From contig CAVTIS010000018.1 in assembly GCA_963734845.1 (NCBI GenBank), forward strand, positions 2,482 through 66,481: a stretch of DNA of 64,000 nucleotides. Reading direction: 5' to 3'. Shown piece after piece: positions 9,925 to 18,896 of the stretch. Below the pieces are notes generated by a model. The model was not told the origin of the DNA, searched no databases, and saw nothing but the letters and a program-made list of their open reading frames with translations. The position numbers and the translations under genes are program-made. This stretch comes from an uncultured delta proteobacterium. Lineage in GTDB: Bacteria > Desulfobacterota > Binatia > Binatales > Binataceae. The first letter of the stretch is position 1, and each line of letters begins with the position of its first letter.

Positions 9925-11421
9925 ATGAGCAAACCGCAAACGCCAATGCCGCGAACCGGCGGCGCGTCGAAAACCGCAGGTGCGTCGAAGGCCGGCAATG
10001 GATCGGCAACCGCCAACGGTCCGAAGGCTTCCAATGGATCTGTCAGCGAAGCGAACCCTGCGCGCGGGCCCGGCCTCCAGCCGAAAATCTCCACCGCCGT
10101 GCCTGGACCGAACTCGCGCGCGCTGTTCGCCGACGAGCAGAGCCATATCGCGCCCGGCCGCCAGCGTATCTCGCTGCTCGCCGGCCTCGCGTTCGACCAT
10201 GGCGAGGGCGCGACGCTCACTGATGTCGACGGCAACGTGTACGTTGATTTTTTCGCCGGCGTCGCAGTTGCGAGCCTCGGCCACGGCCATCCGGCACTCG
10301 CGCAAGCGCTCGCGCATCAGGCCTCGCGGCTCATCGTCGGCACCTTCGCCACGCCCGAGCGCGCCGAGGCCTTCAGGATGCTCGGCGAGGCCGCGCCCGC
10401 CGGCCTCAATCGCGCTCATCTATATAGTGGCGGCGCCGAGGCGGTCGAGGCTGCGCTCCGGCTCGCGCGATCGAAGACCAAGCGGCACGAAGTGCTGAGC
10501 TTCTGGGGCGGCTTTCATGGCAAGACCGGCGGCGTGATCGGGCTCATCGGGGACGAATCCAAGCAGGGCTACGGTCCGCTACCCGGCGGCCAGTACGTCG
10601 TGCCTTATGCCGACTGCTATCGATGCCCGTTCAAGCTGGAATATCCCGAGTGCGGAATGTACTGCGTCGATTTCGCGCGCCAGCAGCTCAAACACAGCTC
10701 CGCCGGCGCGCTGGCCGCCGTGATTGTCGAGCCGATGCAGGGGACGGCGGGCAACGTGATTCCGCCCGACGACTACATGCCCGCAGTAAAGCAACTCGCA
10801 CACGAGCATGGCGCGATGCTCATCGCAGACGAAATGATCACCGGCTTCGGCCGCACCGGCCGGATGTGGGGAGTCGAGCACAGCGGCGTCGCGCCTGACA
10901 TCATGACGGTGGGCAAGGGGATGGGCTCAGGCTTTCCGGTCTCTGGGGTGCTGCTCAGCGACGAATTGGGAAAGAGCGAGCCGTTTGGCAAACCGAGCGC
11001 GTCGTCGTCGAGTTACGGTGGCAATCCGCTGGCCGCGGTGGCGGTCGCCGAGACGCTACGCACGATCGAGCGCGAAGGGCTGGTCGAAAACTCGGCCGTG
11101 GTCGGCGCGTTCATGCTCGAGCGCCTGATGCGGCTCAAAGAGAAGTACGAATTCGTCGGTGACGTGCGCGGCAGGGGTCTGATGATCGGGCTTGACCTGG
11201 TGTGCGATCGCAAGACCAAAGAGCTGCTCGGCCGTTCAGTGACTGAAGCCATCTTCACCGAGGCGCTCAGGCGGGGCCTGCTGGTGATGGGCTATTTTCC
11301 GCGGATGCGGATCAATCCGCCGCTGGTAATCACGCGCGAACAGGCCGCCGCGGGCGTCGAGATTCTCGACGAGGTTTTCGCCCACGTTCGCGATCATCTC
11401 GACTGGCGCAACGCTCCCTGA
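9925..11421 (+). CDS. Class III PLP-dependent aminotransferase (omega-aminotransferase family) with low-complexity N-terminal extension
   Basis: GHGHPAL, EPMQGTAGNVIPP, DEMITGFGRTG, PLP-lysine in MTVGKGMGSG. About 60 aa Ala/Ser/Gly-rich N-terminus. Confidence 0.85.
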   Translation: MSKPQTPMPRTGGASKTAGASKAGNGSATANGPKASNGSVSEANPARGPGLQPKISTAVPGPNSRALFADEQSHIAPGRQRISLLAGLAFDHGEGATLTDVDGNVYVDFFAGVAVASLGHGHPALAQALAHQASRLIVGTFATPERAEAFRMLGEAAPAGLNRAHLYSGGAEAVEAALRLARSKTKRHEVLSFWGGFHGKTGGVIGLIGDESKQGYGPLPGGQYVVPYADCYRCPFKLEYPECGMYCVDFARQQLKHSSAGALAAVIVEPMQGTAGNVIPPDDYMPAVKQLAHEHGAMLIADEMITGFGRTGRMWGVEHSGVAPDIMTVGKGMGSGFPVSGVLLSDELGKSEPFGKPSASSSSYGGNPLAAVAVAETLRTIEREGLVENSAVVGAFMLERLMRLKEKYEFVGDVRGRGLMIGLDLVCDRKTKELLGRSVTEAIFTEALRRGLLVMGYFPRMRINPPLVITREQAAAGVEILDEVFAHVRDHLDWRNAP

Positions 11422-11464
11422 AACGGCGCCTGCGATCCCAAGTTGCCGCCGCCGTATCCGGCGG

Positions 11465-12232
11465 TCACTTCGACGCCAGCACCTTACCCGAGGATGTGTC
11501 GATATGAATGATCCAGAACGCGGTCGCGTCTTCCTGGCTGATCATCGCGACCACGCCGACGCTAGGTGCGAAAAAGTAGTACGCCGCGTCTTTCGTTTCG
11601 GCTGGACCCACTTTGCCCGTACACTTCAGTCGTAACAGGACTGCTTCGTAGGTGCCGGCGGGCACGGTCACTTTATAAGTGCCCACATAGGTGTAGGCGC
11701 CGTTCAGCGATCCCGAGTATTCCTGGTCCGTCGGATCGTCCAGCGGGATCACGGCGACCTGTTGCGTGTAAGATCGCGTCTCGCCCGGCTTCATGCCCTT
11801 GAGCACGAATGGATTGGCCGGCGTGGTTATCACCACCACGCCCTCGCCCGTGTCGGTTACCGAAGGCATCATCAGATCGCCGTCGACCGTCTGATGGACA
11901 AATCCCGACAGGGTGGGCGAAAACTGAAAGCGCCAGGCCGACCTGCCATTGGAGCGCCTGGCCTTTGAGAGGCCAAGCCGCTGCGTCTTCCCGCCATTAG
12001 GTCCGGCGGTCACGTGGTAGGTCAGGACCTGCGCGCGCAGTGGAAGATAAGTGGAAGTATCTTCGATCGGCTTGCTGGGCAGCGCCTGACCGACGATGCC
12101 CGTACCAAGCTCGGTGGTTATTTTTTGTTGGTCCTCGGGCGGTAACGGTAACACGGGGTCGCCGGCCCACGCCGAACCTGCGGCCAGCAGTAGCAATGCG
12201 AGCGTTACAACCATGAATGTTCGCGTCACCAT
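11465..12232 (-). CDS. Secreted hypothetical protein
   Basis: ATG (complement of 12230-12232) gives signal peptide MVTRTFMVVTLALLLLAAGSAWA, with a GAGGA RBS. Co-oriented downstream of the sulfatase. Confidence 0.5.
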   Translation of the reverse strand: MVTRTFMVVTLALLLLAAGSAWAGDPVLPLPPEDQQKITTELGTGIVGQALPSKPIEDTSTYLPLRAQVLTYHVTAGPNGGKTQRLGLSKARRSNGRSAWRFQFSPTLSGFVHQTVDGDLMMPSVTDTGEGVVVITTPANPFVLKGMKPGETRSYTQQVAVIPLDDPTDQEYSGSLNGAYTYVGTYKVTVPAGTYEAVLLRLKCTGKVGPAETKDAAYYFFAPSVGVVAMISQEDATAFWIIHIDTSSGKVLASK

Positions 12233-12320
12233 ACTATCCTCATCCGGCGAGACGACTACGTCGCTGAACTCGCGCACGGCGGGCGGCCCCAAGGGCCGCC
12301 CGCCGCAATCGCAGATCGGT

Positions 12321-14006
12321 TTATTGGCCTTCGTGCTCTTTGATAGCTTCTTCGATCTTGGCCTTGATGGCTGACAGGTTGAAGGACGCCGGCGCTTGCA
12401 TCGGCGGGTACTCGATAGCCGTCTGCGCAAGCTTGCCCACGTACTGCTGCACCATCACGAAGCGCCAGAACTCGCGCGCATAGAAGTCGTTCACGTAACC
12501 TCCGCCGGAATCGTTCAAGGTCTGGCCTCGCGTAGCAGGCGTGCGCTCGAACGGATCCTGCCGGAGGTTCACGATGGTCGGCATGTCGGTGGTGACCTTT
12601 TCTCCGGGCCAGCCGTAGGGCTGCTGGAAGAACTGGAATTTGAAGTCATCGATGCGCAGCGCTCCGAGGTGCGGTCCGCCGAAGTAGAAGATTTCGTGAC
12701 GTCTGGACGGTCCCTTGCCGGTCAGCAGATCCATCTGGTTATAGCCGTCAAGATGATTTTTGTATTCCCGGCCTCCCAGCGTCACCCCTTTCAGGAGTTG
12801 ATCGGTGATCTCGGAATTGCCGGCAGCGGCCGCCAGCGTGGGCAACCAGTCGAGGCCAGAGAAGATGCCATTCTCGACGGCACCGGGTTTAACGTGTCCT
12901 GGCCAACGGATAATCGCCGGCACGCGGAACCCGCCCTCGAAGACTGTGCCCTTGGTCGCCTTGAACGGCGTCATGCCGCCGTCGGGCCAGGTGAAGACTT
13001 CGGCGCCGTTGTCGGTGGTGAAGATAACGATGGTGTTGTCGGCCTCGCCGATATCCTCGATGTGCTGCAAAAGGGCGCCGACGCTGTCATCCATCTGCGC
13101 CATCCCGGCTTCTTCGATGTTGTAGTTGTTGGTCGAGTTCATCATCGCCTGGTACTTCGGCGGGATGTAGCTGAAGACGTGCATGCGAGTGGTGTTATGC
13201 CAGATGAAGAACGGCTTGCCGTCCTTCTTGGCTTTGTCCATGAAGCCCTTGGAATGCTCGACCAGCACATTGTCGAAAGTTTCCATGTCGTACTTGGCTT
13301 TGCGGCCTTCCTGCCAGTTCTGCATGTCCTTCATGTTGGGGAATGGCGCGAGCGGTCCCTCATCCACGATTTTCTGCTTGCCGACCTTGCCCCAGCGCGG
13401 CATCACGGTTGAGTCATCGTCATTCGCCGCCCAGCAGTGAGTGAGGTTGCGGGGCCCGGTCTTGTCTATCCAGCTCTGCGGGTAGTCGAACCAATAAGGG
13501 TCCGACATCGCGTCGAGGTGGTACAAATAGCCGAAGAATTCGTCAAAGCCGTGTGCGCACGGCAGATATTTGTTCATGTCCCCCAGATGGTTCTTGCCGA
13601 ATTGCCCGGTTTCGTAGCCCTGCGCCTTGAGCACGGTGGCGAGGGTCACTGCCTGATCCGGCAATCCTACGTCAGCGCCGGCCTGGCCCACGGTCGTCAA
13701 CCCGGTGCGGATCGGCAACTCGCCGGTGATGAAATTGGCGCGGCCCGCGGTGCAGCTCGCTTCGGCGTAATAGTCAGTGAAACGCATGCCCTGGGCGGCC
13801 AGCTTGTCGAGGTTCGGCGTCTTGCCGGACATGATTCCCTGGTGGTACGCGCCGATATTGAACCAGCCGACGTCGTCGCCCATGATTACGAGGATGTTGG
13901 GCTTCTTTTCCTGCGCCAGTGCAGGAGATCCGGCGACGTAAATCGCGGCGCCGAGCAGGATAGCCACTGCGGCTAACCCACGCCATTTGTAGCCTGATGT
14001 TTTCAT
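12321..14006 (-). CDS. Arylsulfatase-family sulfatase (Cys-type, formylglycine-dependent)
   Basis: Sulfatase signature CTAGRANFITG (C-x-A-x-R), NILVIMGDDVGW, GKNHLG. ATG (complement of 14004-14006) with GGAGGG RBS gives signal peptide MKTSGYKWRGLAAVAILLGAAIYVAGSPALA. Confidence 0.85.
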   Translation of the reverse strand: MKTSGYKWRGLAAVAILLGAAIYVAGSPALAQEKKPNILVIMGDDVGWFNIGAYHQGIMSGKTPNLDKLAAQGMRFTDYYAEASCTAGRANFITGELPIRTGLTTVGQAGADVGLPDQAVTLATVLKAQGYETGQFGKNHLGDMNKYLPCAHGFDEFFGYLYHLDAMSDPYWFDYPQSWIDKTGPRNLTHCWAANDDDSTVMPRWGKVGKQKIVDEGPLAPFPNMKDMQNWQEGRKAKYDMETFDNVLVEHSKGFMDKAKKDGKPFFIWHNTTRMHVFSYIPPKYQAMMNSTNNYNIEEAGMAQMDDSVGALLQHIEDIGEADNTIVIFTTDNGAEVFTWPDGGMTPFKATKGTVFEGGFRVPAIIRWPGHVKPGAVENGIFSGLDWLPTLAAAAGNSEITDQLLKGVTLGGREYKNHLDGYNQMDLLTGKGPSRRHEIFYFGGPHLGALRIDDFKFQFFQQPYGWPGEKVTTDMPTIVNLRQDPFERTPATRGQTLNDSGGGYVNDFYAREFWRFVMVQQYVGKLAQTAIEYPPMQAPASFNLSAIKAKIEEAIKEHEGQ

Positions 14007-14275
14007 TGCGATACACCCTCCAGCTGCGATTTCATTTATGACTATGTGACCGATGCGCACCGCTCTTATTCGCATGCGGCCGCTGCGCCGTTGCCGGCAA
14101 CCAAAAGTTTTGTCGGGCCTCCCCGACGCGGCGATCAGTACCACTCAGCCGCGCGAGGCAACAATTGGACCTTAGTCCGATATGCTGCCGGGAGTTTTAC
14201 TGTACTAACATCGACGCGTAGACTGGCCGGAGGCGAATCGAACCGCGATGAAAAATCACTTACCAAGAGTTGGCG

Positions 14276-14752
14276 ATGGCTGAAGATGCTGGAAACCGCG
14301 GGCTGTTCTGCGATCTTGCGGGGACGTTGGTGAAGATGGACGACACTCGCCAGCTGCCGCTTGGCCCCGACGGAAAAATCATCGTCGAATTGCTGCCCGG
14401 CGTAGTCGAAAAGCTGTGCCCGATTCGCGACCATCTGATCTTTGTCGTCACCAACCAGGCCGGTATCGCGCGCGGGCGGCTAAGGATCGAACAGGTCGAG
14501 GCCGCGATCGCCGAGCTCGACCGCCAGCTCGGCGACATCCTGACCGGATGGCAAATCTGTCCGCACGACGACCCCGACCACTGCGCCTGCCGCAAGCCCA
14601 AGGGCGGGATGCTGACTGAGTTGGGTGCGACCTATGGCGTGGACATGGCGGGCTCGACGATGGTTGGCGATCAGGAAGTGGACGCCGCGGCGGCGCGCGC
14701 GGCGGGTATCGGCCATTTCGTCTTTGCGCACGACTTCTTCGTCTGGAAATAA
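14276..14752 (+). CDS. HAD-IIIA phosphatase, GmhB/HisB-N-like (D,D-heptose-1,7-bisphosphate phosphatase family) with atypical DxA motif I
   Basis: VVTNQAGIARG, zinc-loop CPHDDPDHCACRKPKGGML, MVGDQEVD. Motif I reads LFCDLAGTL (DxA instead of DxD). Confidence 0.65.
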   Translation: MAEDAGNRGLFCDLAGTLVKMDDTRQLPLGPDGKIIVELLPGVVEKLCPIRDHLIFVVTNQAGIARGRLRIEQVEAAIAELDRQLGDILTGWQICPHDDPDHCACRKPKGGMLTELGATYGVDMAGSTMVGDQEVDAAAARAAGIGHFVFAHDFFVWK

Positions 14753-14983
14753 CCGCTCAATCAGATATTGCAGATATTGCTCAGCACGCCACGGCAGTGG
14801 CACTTCTTTCCCGCAATGAAGGGCGGGGTGGCGATCGATTGCGCTTCCGACGTGCGAATTCCGATCACGGTTCAGTGAACGATTTTTTCGGCTGGCATTT
14901 GCGGCCGCTTTTTGACAGAAATCGCCCCAAGGGTCGAGCGCTGTACCGCGGTTCTCATGTGACTACGCAGGAGAGATGACAGC

Positions 14984-15841
14984 ATGAAAATCGGATTGCT
15001 GATGCCATTTACCGAGGATACCGCCAACCCGGCCGAGTTCTGCCGCGCCGCCGAGGCCCTAGGTTTCGAATCGATGTGGGTGCCGGAGCATCCGATTCTC
15101 CCAGCCAACCCCAAGACTCCCTTCCCGGCGGGCGGACCGATTCCGCCGGTCTACGCGCACATGGGTGACCAGTTCGTCGCGCTCAGCATGGCTGCCGCCG
15201 CCACCAAAAAATTGAAGCTCGCCACTGGTATCTGTCTGGTGCCCGAGCACAACCCGATGATCCTGGCCAAGCAGATCGGCAGCCTCGATAATTTCTCGGG
15301 CGGCCGCTTCATCTTCGGCATCGGCGCCGGATGGCTGCGCGAGGAAACCGAACTGCTCGGCGGTGACTTTCCGCATCGCTGGACGCAGACCGCCGAGTAC
15401 GTCGCCGCGATGCGCGCGCTGTGGACCAAGGGCGAAGCGTCGTTCGAGGGCAAGTACGTCAAGTTTCCCGCAATCCGTTCGTATCCGCGCCCCGCGCAGC
15501 CGGCCGGGCCGCCGGTACTGCTCGGCAGCCGCGACAAGAACGCGCTCAAACGCGTCGCCAAGTGGGGCGACGGATGGTGCCCGATTCGGATCAGCGTCGA
15601 CGAGATGAAAAACGCGACCGCCGAATTGCGCGAGGAGTGCCACAAGGCCGGCCGCGACTACGCCAGGCTCGATCTCACCGTGATGGGCTCGGTCGGTGAC
15701 GAGCGCGCCAAGGCCCAGGAGGAACTCGGTAGGTACGCGGCGCTCGGGGTCGGTCGCTTTGTGATCGCGCTGGTCGCCGGCGCGTTGGGACCGGACAAGT
15801 ACGCTCCGGAACTTGAGCGGCTCGCCAAGGCGTACATCTGA
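14984..15841 (+). CDS. LLM-class (luciferase-like) flavin/F420-dependent oxidoreductase
   Basis: Bacterial-luciferase TIM-barrel pattern (GFESMWVPEH, LATGICLVPEHNP, GRFIFGIGAGW). AGGAGAG RBS. Confidence 0.75.
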   Translation: MKIGLLMPFTEDTANPAEFCRAAEALGFESMWVPEHPILPANPKTPFPAGGPIPPVYAHMGDQFVALSMAAAATKKLKLATGICLVPEHNPMILAKQIGSLDNFSGGRFIFGIGAGWLREETELLGGDFPHRWTQTAEYVAAMRALWTKGEASFEGKYVKFPAIRSYPRPAQPAGPPVLLGSRDKNALKRVAKWGDGWCPIRISVDEMKNATAELREECHKAGRDYARLDLTVMGSVGDERAKAQEELGRYAALGVGRFVIALVAGALGPDKYAPELERLAKAYI

Positions 15842-15892
15842 AGGCACACATTCGAAGGACTGCCGGGTGAAGGACCGCCGGGACTGAGCAAG

Positions 15893-16927
15893 ATGCTGCG
15901 CGGAGCGATTTCGGGCTTCGGCGAAGTCGCCGCACAGGCGCATCTCGTCGGATGGCGTTCGCGGCCCGAGGTCAATATCGTCGCGATCCACGACCCGGTC
16001 TCCGAGCGCCGTCATCATGCGATGCGCCTCATGCCGAACATTCGCGTCTACGACGATCTCGAGCTGATGCTTGACGGCGAGCGCCTGGATTTCGTCGACG
16101 TCGCGAGCCCGCCCGCTTATCATGCGGCGACGGCGCGGATGGCGCTTGAGGCTGGTGCTCACGTGCTGGTCGAGAAGCCGCTCTGCCTTGCGCGCGACGA
16201 GTTCGATTCCCTGCGCGCCGCCGCCGCGGACTGCGGGCGCGTGCTGATGTGCGTGCATAACTGGAAACACGCCGCGACCTACCGGCTCGCCCACCATCTC
16301 ATCAGCGCAGGTCGGCTCGGCGAGATTCGCTACCTCGCGCTCGACCGCTTGCGCACCGCGCCCGCCGGCATCGGAACCGGCGCGAGCGGGCGGTGGCGGA
16401 TGGGGGGGACGAGCGGCGGCGGAATCCTGGTCGATCACGGATGGCACGTTTTCTACTTGATGCGCTGGCTGATGGGTGGTGTGGACCCGGCAGCAATCAC
16501 TGCGTTCCTGAGCGTCGGCTCGCAGGCGAGCCAGAACGACAGCGCGGTCGAAGAAGTGGCCGACCTCCGGGTGCTTTTCCCTGGCAACCGGATCGCCTCG
16601 GCGCATCTGAGTTGGCGCTCGCCCGTCAGGCGCACGCGTGCGACGATCTATGGTAGCGACGCGGCGCTCGAAATCGACGGCGACCGCGTGATCCTGACCG
16701 TGCGGTCCGCAGGCCCCGAAGATCTCTCTCCGACGCCTGAGGCCGACGATTCCTACCATGCCGCCTGGTTCGCCGGGATGGCCGCCGAGTTCGAGCGCGC
16801 TATTAGTGAAGGCGTCGGCTCGCTGATGGCGGCGGAAAATCTCGCCGAAGCGCGCGCCGCCTTGGCCCTCACTCTTGGCGCTCAGGAATCGAGCCGGCAG
16901 GGTGGCGGTCGGGTTAAACTTGTATGA
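15893..16927 (+). CDS. Gfo/Idh/MocA-family NAD(P)-dependent oxidoreductase
   Basis: N-terminal Rossmann fold GFGEVAAQAHL and EKPLCLARDE motif characteristic of the family. Confidence 0.8.
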   Translation: MLRGAISGFGEVAAQAHLVGWRSRPEVNIVAIHDPVSERRHHAMRLMPNIRVYDDLELMLDGERLDFVDVASPPAYHAATARMALEAGAHVLVEKPLCLARDEFDSLRAAAADCGRVLMCVHNWKHAATYRLAHHLISAGRLGEIRYLALDRLRTAPAGIGTGASGRWRMGGTSGGGILVDHGWHVFYLMRWLMGGVDPAAITAFLSVGSQASQNDSAVEEVADLRVLFPGNRIASAHLSWRSPVRRTRATIYGSDAALEIDGDRVILTVRSAGPEDLSPTPEADDSYHAAWFAGMAAEFERAISEGVGSLMAAENLAEARAALALTLGAQESSRQGGGRVKLV

Positions 16928-17117
16928 ACTGCCTGTTACTTCGGGCTTCCAACCCCTATTGACTTTAAGCAATCGGCCTATAAAGTGCTCATTGACCGGT
17001 AGGTTAGCGAGTGCCGAGGGCCATTTTTTACGCCCTCCCGTGATTTTCCGCCGTCCGGCCGAGAAATCGGCGTGAATGGTCGGTTGAGAAAGTTAGAGCG
17101 CACACCCGCCGGAGTAT

Positions 17118-17765
17118 ATGACATCCGATTCGCGTCCGATTTCGCAGGACAAACCTCAGGATTCGCGGGATGAAATCCTCAAGGCAGGTATCCGTCTTTT
17201 CGCCCGCCGTGGCTTTCATGAGACCTCGATGTCCGAGGTGGCGCGCGACGCCAAGGTCAGCAAGGCGCTGATTTTTTGGCATTTTAAGACCAAAGAGGAA
17301 TTGTTCCTCGCAGTACTGAACCGGTTGCTGGAGCCGTATTTTATCGATTTTGCCGAGGAGGTCGGGGCGCTGGATGAGCGCGCGCAGTTGCGCAAGCTGG
17401 TGCAGTCATACCTGCTCTTTGTGCGCGACAATGCTCCATCCGTGCGTTTTTTCCTCGGTCAACTGCTCCATGGCGAAAAGGTTCCCGAGGAATTAGCCGC
17501 GCAGGTGATGAAACTGTACGACGGTTATCGCGAACTGATGGTCGACATTGTCCGCCGTGCCCAGGGCAAGAATCTTTGCTCGCGCGACCTCGCGCCTGAG
17601 GCGGCCGCCGGTTTCATGATATCCGCGCTCAATGGGGCGCTTATCGGCTTCCTATTCACCGGCGGTACGACCGACGAATCGAGCGGAGCAGTCACAATGA
17701 TCGAGGAATGGCTCTTCCGCGATTTCGCGCAACGCTCCACCGAGGGCGGCAAGGCCGTCGCTTAA
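17118..17765 (+). CDS. TetR/AcrR-family transcriptional regulator
   Basis: HTH ILKAGIRLFARRGFHETSMSEVARDAKVSKALIFWHFKTKEELF. Confidence 0.85.
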   Translation: MTSDSRPISQDKPQDSRDEILKAGIRLFARRGFHETSMSEVARDAKVSKALIFWHFKTKEELFLAVLNRLLEPYFIDFAEEVGALDERAQLRKLVQSYLLFVRDNAPSVRFFLGQLLHGEKVPEELAAQVMKLYDGYRELMVDIVRRAQGKNLCSRDLAPEAAAGFMISALNGALIGFLFTGGTTDESSGAVTMIEEWLFRDFAQRSTEGGKAVA

Positions 17766-17805
17766 CCCTGCTTTTCAGGAACTGGACCGGGGGGAAACTA
17801 CTGAG

Positions 17806-18807
17806 ATGCGAGTACCGCTGAAGTTGATGCTGGACCTTGGCCGCTACATGCGCCGCAAGCGGCGCGCGGGCGAGAAGTACTTCCCGCTGGTGCTCATGCT
17901 GGAACCTTTGCACGCATGCAACCTCGCCTGCATCGGGTGCGGCCGAATCGTTGAATACAAGGACACCATCCGCGACCAGATGCCGCTGGAGGAGGCGCTC
18001 GGCGCCGCCGAAGAAGCCGACGCGCCAATCGTTTCGATCTGCGGCGGCGAGCCGCTGATGTACAAGCATATAGTGCCGCTCACCAAGGGGTTGCTCGAAT
18101 ACAAGCGCCACGTCCAGATCTGCACCAACGCGCTCCTGCTCGAACGCTTTGTGCGAAGCGTGGAGCCCAGCCCCTACCTGAGTTTCAACGTGCATATCGA
18201 CGGCATGCGCGAGACCCACGACCGCGTGGTCGATCGCAACGGCGTTTTCGACATCTGCGTACGCATGATCAAGATGCTCAAGGAGCGGGGCTATCGCGTG
18301 CAGACCAACTCGACCATCTTCCGCGAGACTGGCGCGGAGGAGATCGAGGAGCTGGTCAAGATGCTCGGCGGACTCGGCGTCGACGGGATGCTGCTCACGC
18401 CCGGATACCACTACCAGGTACTGACCAACGACGACATCTATTTGAAGCGCGAGGAGATGCCGCTGAAGTTCAAGCGCGTGCGCAAGCTCGCCGAGGACTA
18501 CAAGATCATTAATACCCCGATCTATCTCGACTACCTGGTCGGCGACCGCGACCTCTTGTGCAGCCCCTGGACCACCGTCACGCGCAATCCGCAAGGCTGG
18601 AAGGGCCCCTGCTACTTGATCACCAACGGCCACTACAAGACCTTCGGACAGATGCACGAGGCGACCGATTGGGAGTACTACCGCACCAAGCAGGATATTC
18701 GATGCCGCGATTGCAAGCTGCACTCCGGCTTCGAGGGCACCGCGGCGCTGCAGTTCGGCGAGAATCTGAAGGACTCGTGGCGGATGGTGCGGCACTATAT
18801 GTCCTGA
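17806..18807 (+). CDS. hpnH: Adenosyl-hopene transferase, radical SAM
   Basis: PLVLMLEPLHACNLACIGCG radical SAM cluster motif. Full-length similarity to HpnH (CTNALLLE, GYxYQ, PCYLI). Confidence 0.9.
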   Translation: MRVPLKLMLDLGRYMRRKRRAGEKYFPLVLMLEPLHACNLACIGCGRIVEYKDTIRDQMPLEEALGAAEEADAPIVSICGGEPLMYKHIVPLTKGLLEYKRHVQICTNALLLERFVRSVEPSPYLSFNVHIDGMRETHDRVVDRNGVFDICVRMIKMLKERGYRVQTNSTIFRETGAEEIEELVKMLGGLGVDGMLLTPGYHYQVLTNDDIYLKREEMPLKFKRVRKLAEDYKIINTPIYLDYLVGDRDLLCSPWTTVTRNPQGWKGPCYLITNGHYKTFGQMHEATDWEYYRTKQDIRCRDCKLHSGFEGTAALQFGENLKDSWRMVRHYMS

Positions 18808-18896
18808 CCGTGGATGCCGCGCCGCGTACTGGGCGCGGCCGCGCCCATGGGCAGTACGAAGACGACCTTGCGATAAGGACAGAGTAGAGAGCCTCG

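Noticed and set aside
12321-12430. Apparent overlap of the sulfatase 3' end with the long track ORF 11465-12430
   Set aside because: The downstream gene's real start is ATG 12232 (signal peptide, RBS). The 5' extension to 12430 is a non-coding run-on of the frame.
15059-16972. 637-aa minus-strand ORF
   Set aside because: Antisense to the well-supported LLM oxidoreductase and Gfo/Idh/MocA genes. Its Arg/Ala/Gly-rich composition is typical of GC-rich wrong-frame ORFs, and it matches no domain.
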